A stretch of 42,656 nt of DNA from an uncultured Clostridia bacterium (GCA_937900575.1 CALCEI010000088.1:1-42656), one strand, 5' to 3'. Counted from the stretch's first letter, positions 17,475 to 27,784 are shown. Notes: generated by a model from the sequence alone, not told the origin. Numbers and translations: made by a program.

Positions 17475-17502
17475 ATTATATCAAACCTTGAAGTTTTTTC
17501 AA
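17475..17502 (-). promoter_or_regulatory. Promoter of rarA; geometry predicts a leaderless transcript
   Basis: Reverse strand reads TTGAAA-16-TGaTATAAT-tattac-ATG. The whole promoter fits in the 39-nt gap after the upstream ORF, and there is no SD. Confidence 0.55.
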
Positions 17503-17507
17503 AATGA

Positions 17508-18077
17508 TTAATTAACCATAATTCTTTTTTTGCGCCCACCCACAACATAAGTTAAACAAAAAGCAAGTTTAAGTTTGTTCTGTTTTATGGTTAAATTTTT
17601 ACTGTTTATGTTAATTTTTAACACATTTTTAACAAAATATAGGTATTTTTTTAGTTTTTCACTATCTTCAAAACAAAAAAGATGATTTGTTAAATCTGCA
17701 ACAGATTCTTTATAAAACTTTTGTACGTCAAAATTTTCCATTTCAATTTTAAGTTGCATATAATTAAAAAACCTTTTAACATCACAAAAAATTTGTGTTG
17801 TGCCCAAACTTTCAAAATATAAAAACTTGCCCCAAACAAATGCGTTTTTAACATTTTTTATTGTAACAAGACTTCCACCCTTTTTGCAATGTACGGCGTG
17901 GCCAATAACCATAACACTTGCATTATCAATTTTAATTTTGTGTTTAAAATGTGAACAAAATTCCAAACCAAACTTTTTAAGTTTAAGTTTTGGCAATGGC
18001 TCAACTTTGCACCTATAATGCAAAATAACAAGCATGGTTAAAGTAAATGTTACAAAATAAACAATTAAATACAACAT
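17508..18077 (-). CDS. Hypothetical protein with N-terminal TM anchor (189 aa)
   Basis: A long ORF in AT-rich DNA is unlikely by chance. N-terminus is LYLIVYFVTFTLTMLVILH. No SD or clear promoter was found, so the start is uncertain. Confidence 0.55.
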   Translation of the reverse strand: MLYLIVYFVTFTLTMLVILHYRCKVEPLPKLKLKKFGLEFCSHFKHKIKIDNASVMVIGHAVHCKKGGSLVTIKNVKNAFVWGKFLYFESLGTTQIFCDVKRFFNYMQLKIEMENFDVQKFYKESVADLTNHLFCFEDSEKLKKYLYFVKNVLKININSKNLTIKQNKLKLAFCLTYVVGGRKKRIMVN

Positions 18078-18115
18078 AACTTGATTATTTACTTAAACTT
18101 TAAAATTAAAATTGT

Positions 18116-18144
18116 TTGACAAATTTTTATATGAATAATAAAAT
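18116..18144 (+). promoter_or_regulatory. Promoter of gap
   Basis: TTGACA (18116-18121)-17-TAAAAT (18139-18144), then the SD AGAGGTG. Confidence 0.6.
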
Positions 18145-18158
18145 TAAAATAGAGGTGA

Positions 18159-19184
<1,026 letters not shown>

Positions 19185-19193
19185 TAAAAAGAA

Positions 19194-19218
19194 AACACAA
19201 GTCAATCCGACCTGTGTT
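19194..19218. terminator. Bidirectional intrinsic terminator (gap / SDR gene)
   Basis: aacacaagtc-aatcc-gacctgtgtt forms a 10-bp stem with 1 mismatch, with A-rich and T-rich flanks. Confidence 0.7.
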
Positions 19219-19241
19219 TTTTTAACTTTTTACAAATATTT

Positions 19242-19904
19242 CTATACTCTTTCAATGACAATATGTGATACACAAAGGTTATTGTTTGTTACATTGTCAT
19301 ATATTGTTTTTGCCACATCACTTGCCTTCATCCAACTTGCAGATTTTTCTATTGAAACATAATCTCTATTATCTTTCCAAAAATCTGTATTCATTCCACC
19401 AGGACAAACTGAAATAACTTTTATTTTAGTCCCTTTATAAGTTGCTTTCAAACTTTCAGTATATCCCAATGCACCCCATTTTGCTGCACAATATAAACTT
19501 TCATTAACATTTCCTTTAAGTGCTGCAGTTGATAAAATATTTATAATTTTAGACCCATTTTTGTTTAACATTGGAATTGCATAAGTTGTGTTTAGAATCA
19601 AACCAACAAGTCCACCTTCAAACACTTTGTTTATGTTTTCTTTTGTATTAATTTCCGGTGAACCAAAAACTCCCGCTGCAGCATTGTTTATTAAATAAGA
19701 AATGGAATATTCTTTTGAATATTTCTCATAAACATTTTTAATAAAAGTTTCATCACTTAAATTTCCGTATTCATAAAAAACGCCTTTAAGTTCTTCTCTT
19801 TTTGTTCTTGCAATAACTAAAACTTTATTATTCTTACTAAACAATTTAACAAGCTCAAGACCAAGGCCCTGTGTTCCACCCGTAACAACAACTAAACTTT
19901 CCAT
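19242..19904 (-). CDS. Short-chain dehydrogenase/reductase (SDR) family oxidoreductase
   Basis: VVVTGGTQGLGLEL (TGxxxGxG), NNAA and YCAAK (YxxxK). I use ATG 19904, with AGGAG 5 nt upstream. The track's 19910 start is a GTG overlapping the SD. Confidence 0.88.
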   Translation of the reverse strand: MESLVVVTGGTQGLGLELVKLFSKNNKVLVIARTKREELKGVFYEYGNLSDETFIKNVYEKYSKEYSISYLINNAAAGVFGSPEINTKENINKVFEGGLVGLILNTTYAIPMLNKNGSKIINILSTAALKGNVNESLYCAAKWGALGYTESLKATYKGTKIKVISVCPGGMNTDFWKDNRDYVSIEKSASWMKASDVAKTIYDNVTNNNLCVSHIVIERV

Positions 19905-19984
19905 AATCACTCCTATTTAAATTGTATCATGTTTTTCTCTTCTTAGCAAATAAATTAAAATATTTCCAAACATTCATCAAAAAA

Positions 19985-20003
19985 AGAGTACTTTACGTAC
20001 TCT
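19985..20003 (-). terminator. Intrinsic terminator after tRNA-Ser
   Basis: Reverse strand agagtac-gtaaa-gtactct followed by tttttttt. Confidence 0.7.
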
Positions 20004-20006
20004 CTT

Positions 20007-20094
20007 TGGCGCAGAGACTGGGATTCGAACCCAGGAAGGCTTGCACCTTGCCAGTTTTCAAGACTGGTGTATTCGACCACTCTACCATCTCTGC
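20007..20094 (-). tRNA. tRNA-Ser (anticodon UGA), CCA encoded
   Basis: Reverse strand reads GCAGAGA-TG-GTA-GAGTGGTCGAA-TAC-A-CCAGT-CTTGAAA-ACTGG-(long variable arm CAAGGTGCAAGCCTTCC)-TGGG-TTCGAAT-CCCA-G-TCTCTGC-G-CCA. A full cloverleaf can be drawn by hand. Confidence 0.95.
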
Positions 20095-20118
20095 ATAAGT
20101 TCTTTTGCGAACATGGTT

Positions 20119-20147
20119 AGTGTAACATATTGCAGTATTTTTTGCAA
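20119..20147 (-). promoter_or_regulatory. Candidate promoter of tRNA-Ser
   Basis: Reverse strand reads TTGCAA-17-TACACT, giving an approximately 18-nt leader before the mature 5' end. Confidence 0.35.
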
Positions 20148-20251
20148 GTATTTTTAAGAATTTTTGTTTAATAACATAATGTGACAAAACAAGTGATAAA
20201 AATTTAAAATTCTCTTTCCGTGGCAAAAGTAAAATAAACTACACTTAAAGC

Positions 20252-20779
20252 ATGTGCAAAAAAGTGTTTTTAATTTTAAGCAACAGCCACTCTGGTGTTT
20301 CCAAATTGCTTAAATTCTTTTCTCATGATGAATATACACATGTTGCAATTTCTTTATCTCGTGAACTTAAAGAGATGTATTCTTTTGGTCGCCTGCATGC
20401 AAATTTGCCAATTCCGGGTGGGTTTGTTGTGGAAGATAAAAACGGAAAATTTTACACACGTTTTAACAAAACCAAGGTTAAAATTTTGGAAGTTGATGTA
20501 ACCGAAGAACAATTTGAACAAATAAAATTTTTTATAAACTACCATGTTAGGCACAAGAAATCACTTAAATATGATTATTTTGGCGTACTTTTGGCATATT
20601 TTAATAAAACCCGTGTTATTTCAAACAGAAAATATTGTTCGCAATTTGTTAAAGATTGTTTAACTTATGCCAAGGTGGAAGGCTCACAAACTCTTCCAAA
20701 AGTTACCCGACCAATCCATTTTGATAATTTCCAAAATTCTGTTTGCATTTATGAAGGTCCACTTAAAAACTACAATTAA
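20252..20779 (+). CDS. Putative permuted papain-fold (NlpC/P60 superfamily, YiiX-like) amidase/peptidase
   Basis: 175 aa. The His-then-Cys order (..EYTHVAISL.. then ..RKYCSQFVKDC..) is typical of permuted NlpC/P60-like enzymes. The family assignment is tentative. Confidence 0.7.
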   Translation: MCKKVFLILSNSHSGVSKLLKFFSHDEYTHVAISLSRELKEMYSFGRLHANLPIPGGFVVEDKNGKFYTRFNKTKVKILEVDVTEEQFEQIKFFINYHVRHKKSLKYDYFGVLLAYFNKTRVISNRKYCSQFVKDCLTYAKVEGSQTLPKVTRPIHFDNFQNSVCIYEGPLKNYN

Positions 20780-20783
20780 AAAA

Positions 20784-20799
20784 CAGGGCACCTGCCCTG
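20784..20799. terminator. Bidirectional intrinsic terminator
   Basis: cagggca-cc-tgccctg (an effective stem cagggc/gccctg) with A5 and T6 flanks. Confidence 0.75.
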
Positions 20800-20810
20800 C
20801 TTTTTTAACA

Positions 20811-23800
20811 TCAACTTAATTTTGCTGGTGAATATTGCTGTGTTTGATAAGTCGTAAGGTTACCATCAGCATCATAGCCATAAACACATATTGTTGCTGG
20901 TGAAGATGTTTTGATTTGAGTTGTGCTGCTGCAATATACCATGTAAGTATCACCGTCAAGCCAAATGCAACCATCATACCAACCACTTGGTACCCTTGTG
21001 CTTTCTGTTGAACCATCAACCAGAGAATTTTCAAAATAATTTTTGTATAGGCCCGTGTGACAATCTGTTGAAGTTGCTGTCACATCAACATTAAATACAG
21101 TTGTGCATGTTGCTTCATTTGTCCAAACCATAATTGAAACTGCATAACGCACAATGGAATCATTGGTATGATTTAATACAAGTTCTTCACCAATGTCGGC
21201 AGATTTTATTAAGTCGTCTGCTTTTGTTACCTTGGTTGCAGAAGCGTTTGGACCTTCCGTCTCTACATCGTTTTTGCCTGCACCAAATTTTTGCACAGTG
21301 TTTGTGCCTAAAAGTTTGCCATTAAAGGTGTTGTTTTGATTGATTTTTGTACCACCTGCATTCATTGGATTGATGAAACTACCAACATGTGCAGATTGAA
21401 TTGAACCATTAAAGATACAATCTTTTATTGTTAAAGGTCCAAATACATAACCAAAAATGCCACCTGTATATGCATTACCTGCAAGATTGTTTATGTTAAC
21501 ATTTGAAACAATGTTTTCTGCTAAAATTACATCATTTGCAAGGTAGCCATCATAAGATTGTGCTAAAACTGGACCATAGTGTAACATGTTTGGTGAATAT
21601 TGTCCGTTTAAAACCAAATTCCTAAAAATTAAGTGTCTTGGATAACCATTTCCACCACAAGAATAGTATGCTATGCCTGGTTCACTTTCGCCTTCTGCAA
21701 AGCAAACTGTGCCATTTTCGAACTCGAGATTTTGTATGTTGGAAAAGATGAAACAATTTAAGTTGTACATTGTGTTTCCACCCAAGTCAATGTGCAGAAT
21801 TGTTGAAGCATAAATTTCGTAAAACAATTCCCACCTGTCCCATACACAAACTCTGTGTGCTTGTATGAATTCATCTTGCATGTCTAAATTTGTTGTAAGT
21901 TTAAAATAGATATCAGTCAAAGTTTCTTTAAGTGCATTATCTATATTCATAAATTGTTCAACATTTGCAATTAAATATGGCCTATCCTCTGTACCTTGAC
22001 CACCTTCAAACAATGCGTGACCTTCTGTTGCCTTCTCAATTGCTTCTTCTTTGGTTGGTCTTTCCACATCAACAACTTTTGTTGTATCTATTTCTTCTGG
22101 TTTTGAAATGTCAATATCATTGCCATCTGTGTCAATCAATTGTCCATTTGCACCACGTCTTGCAAGGTTTGCAATTTCTTCTGCTGCCTTGGAAGTTGAC
22201 TCATTTTCAACATTTGTTGAACCAATTACTGCCACTTCTCCATTATTGCCTTCCACTTTGCCTGTTGAGTCATTAACTTTAAGACTTTCAACTTTAACTT
22301 CTGTTACAACAATTTGTTCTTTAACACCAGATTTCCAAAGATAAATATATTCTTCTGCATCTGGAGTTGCATGTGAAGTTGTGATTTGTTCCACTTTAAC
22401 AACAAGTGTTCCACCGTCTGCAATGTCAACTTTTGGACGGTCAAATTCTGGAAGTTTTGCGCCGTCTGCTGCTGCCACAATTAAAGTATCAAATTCGTTA
22501 CCATCAACTTCTTTGGTGTTAATATACAAGAATTGAACACCTGTTGCTTTTTCTTCTCCGTCAACTAAAATTGAGCCTGCGTGGTTAACAATTCTTCCAT
22601 AAGTTGCTTCGCCAATGTGAGAATAGCCAAATTCATGATAGCATGCTTCAAGGTCAGATTTTATTATGTTTAAATATCCATTTATGCCATAATGATAAAC
22701 TGTATCATTTGGAGCATTGATTTCCAACACTGTTTCTGTTGAATTTGTGCGAATTGTCACAGTTTGTGCGCTTGCACCACCAACATAAGAAATTTTTGTT
22801 ATGCCCGTGTTGTTTCCAATATCCAAACCACGATTTAACTCTAAAATTTCTGTTTCGGAAGTTATCCTTAAATAAATTGAGAAATTGTTTGTGTCAACTT
22901 TTGCTGATTCATAAGTATCATAAATGCCCCAAATTGCAACTTTGTCTGTTGTAAGTGGCTTTTCTGCATCTTGATACAAAATTGCATCATCTGTCAAACT
23001 TATCAAAGCACATCTGTTGTTTGCGCTATCCCAAACAATTTTGCCTGTTGTTAAGTTTTGATTTTCAATTTCATAACCATTTGCTTTTAACAATTCAATT
23101 AACTCAAACATGGTTGTTGGACGTGATGTTTCTTCTGTTTCTGCCAAAATCATGTTTAAGGTTACAATATAATTTTGGTCTGGAGTTAAAGGTGTTTCAA
23201 TTTCTTGCCAATGTGCTTTGAGTGTTACATCACTTGTTACTTCTCTGTGTTCAAAGTCCCATTCATAGGAATAAGCATCAAACCAGCCCAAGAAATTATA
23301 TCCTTCTTTTGTTGGCTCTTCACTTGGAGCATGTACTGTGGTTCCTTCTGCAACTTCAACGTCTACAGGGTCTGTGCCATTGTCTGCTTCAAAGGTTACT
23401 GTGTAATATGTTATTGGAACGTCTGACCAATGAGCATCAAGTGTTATGTTTGCTGTTACAGTATCTGTTGCAAACTGCCATGCAACATCACCATTATACC
23501 AACCTGCAAAATTTTTGCCTTCTTTTGTTGGCTCTGCTGGTGCTGTAAGTTTACTTCCATGATTGTATGTTTCCACTTTACTATCATAACCATTGTTATA
23601 GTTGAAAGTTACTACGTAACTTTTTTCTTGCCAATGTGCTTTGAGTGTTACATCACTTGTTACTTCTCTATGTTCAAAGTCCCATTCGAAATTATTATCA
23701 AACCAACCCAAGAAGTCCCAACCCGTTTTGGTTGGGTCTAATTCTGGTTTTTCCACAAATTTACCTTCTTCCACTTGAACGGTTATATTTGTTGTACCAT

Positions 23801-23963
23801 TATCTGCATCGAATGATACTGTGTAATATGTAATTTGTGGCACAGGTTTAAATCTAAGTGCAAAATAAGTGCCAAGTGAAATTATTGCCAACAATGCAAA
23901 AATTAACAAAGTTAAAAATACTTTTGTGGATTTTCTATCTTTATGATTATACATGTATTCCAT
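20811..23963 (-). CDS. Large cell-surface protein: N-terminal signal-anchor, three Listeria-Bacteroides (Flg_new-type) repeat domains, long C-terminal region with GLUG-like Gly-rich motif
   Basis: 1050 aa. TM anchor is VFLTLLIFALLAIISLGTYFAL. The repeats read YTV(S/T)F(D/E)ADNGT...GW(D/N)FLGWFD...EWDFEHREVTSDVTLKAHWQE. The C-terminus contains ...NLAGNAYTGGIFGYVFG.... No LPXTG motif is seen. Confidence 0.9.
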   Translation of the reverse strand: MEYMYNHKDRKSTKVFLTLLIFALLAIISLGTYFALRFKPVPQITYYTVSFDADNGTTNITVQVEEGKFVEKPELDPTKTGWDFLGWFDNNFEWDFEHREVTSDVTLKAHWQEKSYVVTFNYNNGYDSKVETYNHGSKLTAPAEPTKEGKNFAGWYNGDVAWQFATDTVTANITLDAHWSDVPITYYTVTFEADNGTDPVDVEVAEGTTVHAPSEEPTKEGYNFLGWFDAYSYEWDFEHREVTSDVTLKAHWQEIETPLTPDQNYIVTLNMILAETEETSRPTTMFELIELLKANGYEIENQNLTTGKIVWDSANNRCALISLTDDAILYQDAEKPLTTDKVAIWGIYDTYESAKVDTNNFSIYLRITSETEILELNRGLDIGNNTGITKISYVGGASAQTVTIRTNSTETVLEINAPNDTVYHYGINGYLNIIKSDLEACYHEFGYSHIGEATYGRIVNHAGSILVDGEEKATGVQFLYINTKEVDGNEFDTLIVAAADGAKLPEFDRPKVDIADGGTLVVKVEQITTSHATPDAEEYIYLWKSGVKEQIVVTEVKVESLKVNDSTGKVEGNNGEVAVIGSTNVENESTSKAAEEIANLARRGANGQLIDTDGNDIDISKPEEIDTTKVVDVERPTKEEAIEKATEGHALFEGGQGTEDRPYLIANVEQFMNIDNALKETLTDIYFKLTTNLDMQDEFIQAHRVCVWDRWELFYEIYASTILHIDLGGNTMYNLNCFIFSNIQNLEFENGTVCFAEGESEPGIAYYSCGGNGYPRHLIFRNLVLNGQYSPNMLHYGPVLAQSYDGYLANDVILAENIVSNVNINNLAGNAYTGGIFGYVFGPLTIKDCIFNGSIQSAHVGSFINPMNAGGTKINQNNTFNGKLLGTNTVQKFGAGKNDVETEGPNASATKVTKADDLIKSADIGEELVLNHTNDSIVRYAVSIMVWTNEATCTTVFNVDVTATSTDCHTGLYKNYFENSLVDGSTESTRVPSGWYDGCIWLDGDTYMVYCSSTTQIKTSSPATICVYGYDADGNLTTYQTQQYSPAKLS
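23202..23264. repeat. Intragenic dispersed repeat, copy 1 (63 bp)
   Basis: Matches 23625-23687 at 62/63 positions and encodes EWDFEHREVTSDVTLKAHWQE in both Flg_new repeats. Weaker similarity continues about 40 bp further. Confidence 0.9.
23625..23687. repeat. Intragenic dispersed repeat, copy 2 (63 bp)
   Basis: See copy 1 (23202-23264). Confidence 0.9.
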
Positions 23964-24054
23964 TTTTTACCCCTATTTGTGTTAGTTTAACAAAAAATAT
24001 AATATTTATTATATAGAATATAATACACAATAAAAAATAATTTTGCAACAAAAA

Positions 24055-24074
24055 AACAGGGTTTGTGCCCTGTT
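24055..24074 (-). terminator. Intrinsic terminator after prfB
   Basis: Reverse strand aacaggg-cacaaa-ccctgtt followed by tttttg. Confidence 0.7.
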
Positions 24075-24076
24075 TG

Positions 24077-25183
24077 TTAATTTTGACTGTGAGATTTGCG
24101 CAAATATTCATTTATGAAGATTGTTAAATCGCCGTCCATAACTGAACTTACATCGCTTGTTTCGTAATCTGTTCTGTGGTCCTTAACCATTGTGTAAGGT
24201 TGGAAAACGTAACTGCGAATTTGACTTCCCCATTCAATACGTTTAAGGTCGCCCTTAATTTCATTCATGTTTTGACGTGCTTGTTCTTCTTTGAGTGCAA
24301 CAAGTTTACTTGTTAAGATTTTAAGAGCATTTTCCCTGTTTTGCAATTGGCTACGTTCGTTTTGGCAAGTTACCACAATTCCTGTTGGAATGTGTGTTAT
24401 GCGCACTGCAGTTTCAACCTTGTTAACATTTTGACCACCTGCACCACTGCTTCTGTAGGTGTCAATTTTTATATCTTCATTTTCAATTTTTACTTCAGTA
24501 TCCTTGTTTATTGCTGGCACAACTTCAACTGATGCAAAACTTGTGTGTCTGCGTTTGTTGCTATCAAATGGACTTATACGCACAAGACGATGCACGCCCA
24601 TTTCGCCTTTAAGTTTGCCATAAGCATAAGCACCTTTTATCCATGCCACTGCTGTCTTTAAACCTGCATCATTGCCTTCAAGTTTATCCACAACACTAAA
24701 TTCTAAATTGTTTTTTTGTGCATACATTTTGTACATTCTAAGCAACATTTCAACCCAATCTTGTGCTTCTGTGCCACCTGCTCCGGAATGAATTGTGATG
24801 ATGGCATCGTTGTTATCGTACTTTTCATCAAGAAGAGTTCTAACATTAAGTTCTTCCACCTTTTCTTTAAGGTCAAGCATTTCGGTAAGTGCCAAATTTA
24901 ACATGTCTATATCTGTTTCGTGCTCCAATTCCTTAACGGTGGAAATTAAACCTGTCAATTGAGATTGCAAAAATTGTACTTCGTTAAAAAGGTCTTGCAA
25001 AGCCTTAATTTCTTTGTTGGTTTGCATTGCATAATCAAGATTTTTCCAAAAGGAAAGAGATTCTCTTTCTTTCATCAACGTATTAAGTTTTTCTTGTGCT
25101 TCGGATAAATGTAAACAAGATTTGGTAAGTTCAAACTTATCAACAAGAAGTGTTAATTCATCGCCAATGTTTTCTATGTTCAT
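24077..25183 (-). CDS. prfB: Peptide chain release factor 2 (single uninterrupted frame, no +1 frameshift site)
   Basis: 368 aa with SPF tripeptide ([16 protein letters not shown]), GGQ ([23 protein letters not shown]) and QNERSQ. Confidence 0.95.
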   Translation of the reverse strand: MNIENIGDELTLLVDKFELTKSCLHLSEAQEKLNTLMKERESLSFWKNLDYAMQTNKEIKALQDLFNEVQFLQSQLTGLISTVKELEHETDIDMLNLALTEMLDLKEKVEELNVRTLLDEKYDNNDAIITIHSGAGGTEAQDWVEMLLRMYKMYAQKNNLEFSVVDKLEGNDAGLKTAVAWIKGAYAYGKLKGEMGVHRLVRISPFDSNKRRHTSFASVEVVPAINKDTEVKIENEDIKIDTYRSSGAGGQNVNKVETAVRITHIPTGIVVTCQNERSQLQNRENALKILTSKLVALKEEQARQNMNEIKGDLKRIEWGSQIRSYVFQPYTMVKDHRTDYETSDVSSVMDGDLTIFINEYLRKSHSQN

Positions 25184-25189
25184 GCTTTT

Positions 25190-25218
25190 ATTATATCAAA
25201 CAAATTTGCTTTTAGCAA
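25190..25218 (-). promoter_or_regulatory. Promoter of prfB; geometry predicts a leaderless transcript
   Basis: Reverse strand reads TTGCTA-17-TGaTATAAT-aaaagc-ATG. No SD is present. Confidence 0.55.
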
Positions 25219-25224
25219 AAATTT

Positions 25225-25253
25225 TTGGCAGTTTTTTAAGTTTTATCTGCCAA
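25225..25253 (+). other. Orphan hairpin plus U-tract upstream of asd (terminator/attenuator-like)
   Basis: ttggcag-(15-nt loop)-ctgccaa followed by ttttttg on the + strand. No + strand gene lies upstream. Confidence 0.3.
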
Positions 25254-25309
25254 TTTTTTGTGTTTCACAGTTTTATTTCAATTTTCATTTATATAGTAAG
25301 AGGTTTTTT

Positions 25310-26281
25310 ATGTGTGAAATTGCAATTGTTGGTGCAACAGGTTTGGTTGGCACAACTGCACTTAAAGTGTTTGAAGAACGTGGACTTGATGATAACAATT
25401 TTGTTATGTTTTCTTCTAAAGAAGAAGTTGGAAAAATTGTTAAATTTGCAGGCAGACATTATGTTGCACAAGAATTAAATAAACGAGTTATCAAACACGA
25501 ACATTTTGATTATGCACTTTTTTGCACAAAAGAAGATGTAAGCAAGGCCTTTATACCACTGTTTGCAGAGCGTGGCACGCGTGTTGTGGATTGTTCGGCA
25601 TATTTTAGGCATAAATATCCACTCATCGTGCCCGAAATCAACTTTAAAGATGCCGTTGGTAACATAATAACAAACCCAAATTGCTCCACTGCTGGTTGTG
25701 TGGTGGCATTAAACAGAATTAACAAAAAATACGGATTACGAAATATTGTTTATTCAAGTTATCAAGCCGTTAGTGGTGCTGGCAGTGTTGCCTTAAAGGA
25801 AATGAAGGTTACAAAAAAAGAAAATTTGACGTCGTTGCCAGATGTTATTTGCAACAATGTTATTCCTTGCATTGGCAAAATTGAAAAGAACTTATATTCA
25901 ACCGAAGAAAACAAGATGATTTACGAAACAAAAAAGATTTTGGGCGATTTTAACATAAATGTTACGGCAACCTGTGTGCGTGTGCCAATTACTGTTGGGC
26001 ACACCATAAGCATAAATTTTACAACAAAAAAATACTGTACATTAAACAAAATTATCAATCTTTTACGCAATTCGCCCGGACTTACCTATGTTGAAAACGG
26101 TTTGCCAATGCCAAAAGACGTAAGGGGCAAAAACAACGTGTTGGTTGGCAGAGTACGTAAAGATTTATGCCTTAAAAACACCTTCAACATGGTGGTTGTT
26201 GTGGATAATTTAAGAAAAGGTGCCAGCCAAAATGCTGTGCAAATTATTGAGAGGTTCATAAATGAAAAACACAATTTTTAG
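25310..26281 (+). CDS. asd: Aspartate-semialdehyde dehydrogenase
   Basis: IAIVGATGLVG, active-site NPNCSTAG, 323 aa, SD AAGAGG. Confidence 0.93.
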   Translation: MCEIAIVGATGLVGTTALKVFEERGLDDNNFVMFSSKEEVGKIVKFAGRHYVAQELNKRVIKHEHFDYALFCTKEDVSKAFIPLFAERGTRVVDCSAYFRHKYPLIVPEINFKDAVGNIITNPNCSTAGCVVALNRINKKYGLRNIVYSSYQAVSGAGSVALKEMKVTKKENLTSLPDVICNNVIPCIGKIEKNLYSTEENKMIYETKKILGDFNINVTATCVRVPITVGHTISINFTTKKYCTLNKIINLLRNSPGLTYVENGLPMPKDVRGKNNVLVGRVRKDLCLKNTFNMVVVVDNLRKGASQNAVQIIERFINEKHNF

Positions 26282-27128
26282 TGGTGTTTGCACTGCTCTT
26301 ATTACGCCGTTTTGTGATGATGGTTGTGTGGATTTTGTGACATTAAGAAATTTGATTGAAGAACAGATTGAACAAGGTGTTTCTGCCCTTTTGGTGCTTG
26401 GAACAACAGGCGAAAGTCCAACATTGACCGAAAGTGAAAAACTGAAAATTATTTTCTTTGCTAAAAAAGTTGTTGACGGACGGTGCAAATTGATTGTTGG
26501 TACGGGCAGTAACTGTACAAAAACGGCAATATACAGCACACAACAGGCACAAATTATGGGTGCAGACGCATGTTTGGTTATAACGCCTTATTACAACAAA
26601 TGTACGCAACAAGGTTTGATTGAACACTTTTCCAAAATTGCAAAAAGCACAAGGTTGCCAATTATAGTTTACAACGTGCCATCACGTACAGGTGTGAACA
26701 TATCGCCGGAAACGCTGGTGGAATTATCCAAAATTGAAAACATTGTTGGTATAAAAGAAGCAAATGGAGATATTGGGCATGTTTTAAGTGTTTTTAATGC
26801 CGTAAAAGGTCGTCTTGCCATATATTCTGGCAACGACAACCTTAACCATGTGTTTAAAAGCCTTGGTGGGAATGGCACAATAAGTGTGTTATCTAATGCT
26901 TACTGCAAACAAGTGGTTGACGGGTGGAAAACCATGGCGAATTCTTTAAAAACACAACAAAGATTCTTTAATTTATGTAATTTGTTGTTTGTTGAGCCTA
27001 ACCCAATACCAATAAAATATGTTATGAGCAAAATGGCTAAAAGCAAAAATGTTTTAAGGTTGCCACTAACCACACTAACAAAACAAAACCAAACAAAACT
27101 AGACGCAGAAATGGAGAAATTAAAATGA
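26262..27128 (+). CDS. dapA: 4-hydroxy-tetrahydrodipicolinate synthase
   Basis: GVCTALITPF and GTTGESPTLT, 288 aa. Overlaps asd by 20 nt. SD GAGAGG. Confidence 0.93.
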   Translation: MKNTIFSGVCTALITPFCDDGCVDFVTLRNLIEEQIEQGVSALLVLGTTGESPTLTESEKLKIIFFAKKVVDGRCKLIVGTGSNCTKTAIYSTQQAQIMGADACLVITPYYNKCTQQGLIEHFSKIAKSTRLPIIVYNVPSRTGVNISPETLVELSKIENIVGIKEANGDIGHVLSVFNAVKGRLAIYSGNDNLNHVFKSLGGNGTISVLSNAYCKQVVDGWKTMANSLKTQQRFFNLCNLLFVEPNPIPIKYVMSKMAKSKNVLRLPLTTLTKQNQTKLDAEMEKLK

Positions 27129-27784
27129 ATATTGTTGTAATTGGTTCACTCGGTAAAATGGGCAAAGCACTTTGCTCGTTTTTAAAAATGAATGGCGAAA
27201 ATGTGCTTGGCATTGATATCGGCAATCGTACAGATGCAAAAAATTTTGTTGCTGACGTAATTGTGGATTTTTCTTGTGTCGATGCATTAAAAGAAAATTT
27301 GCAGTTGGCAAACCAAATGCGTGCACCAATTATTATTGCCACAACAGGACACAACAATGAAAATTTAAAACTAATAAAACAACATGCTAAAACCATGCCA
27401 ATTTTGGTTAGTTCAAATTTCAGTTTGCAGTTTAATGTTTTGCTTAAAATTTTAAAGTTGCTTTATCCATTAAAACATCAAGAATTTGTTTTGCAAGAAA
27501 CACACCACAAGCATAAAAAAGATGCACCAAGTGGCTCGGCAAAAATGATGCAAGAAAAGTTGAAAAAATTTGGTGTTTATCCTTCCACAATTTCAATAAG
27601 AGCAGGTGAAATTGTTGGCACCCACAAACTTGATGTTTTTGATGATTACGAAACATTAACTTTAACCCACACGGCACATTCAAGAAACACGTTTTGCAAG
27701 GGGTGTTACATGTGCTGTAAATTCCTAAAAAATAAACCTGCAAAATTATACACTATGGAAGATGTTTTAAATGAAAGTTTGTAA
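27125..27784 (+). CDS. dapB: 4-hydroxy-tetrahydrodipicolinate reductase (short form)
   Basis: MNIVVIGSLGKMG and E(T)HHKHKKDAPSGSA signature, 219 aa. Overlaps dapA by 4 nt. Confidence 0.88.
   Translation: MNIVVIGSLGKMGKALCSFLKMNGENVLGIDIGNRTDAKNFVADVIVDFSCVDALKENLQLANQMRAPIIIATTGHNNENLKLIKQHAKTMPILVSSNFSLQFNVLLKILKLLYPLKHQEFVLQETHHKHKKDAPSGSAKMMQEKLKKFGVYPSTISIRAGEIVGTHKLDVFDDYETLTLTHTAHSRNTFCKGCYMCCKFLKNKPAKLYTMEDVLNESL

Noticed and set aside
19993-20226. 77-aa ORF on the minus strand
   Set aside because: It overlaps the complete tRNA-Ser(UGA) cloverleaf and its terminator, so it is a translation artefact.
19985-20251. tRNA-Ser as an integration hotspot flanking an island (NlpC/P60-like gene plus large surface protein)
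   Set aside because: No integrase, no direct repeat of the tRNA 3' end, and no phage or transposon genes are visible. The 12-13 bp direct repeat tgca(a)gtattttt at 20131-20155 lies in the tRNA promoter region and is not an att-like duplicate.
24684-24692. Perfect DnaA-box sequence TTATCCACA
   Set aside because: It is a single occurrence inside the prfB coding region, with no cluster and no AT-rich unwinding element, so it is not an origin.
24077-25183. Programmed +1 frameshift in prfB
   Set aside because: The RF2 reading frame is continuous for 368 aa, with no CTT-TGA-type shift site near codon 25. Frameshift-less prfB genes are known, so this is not novel.
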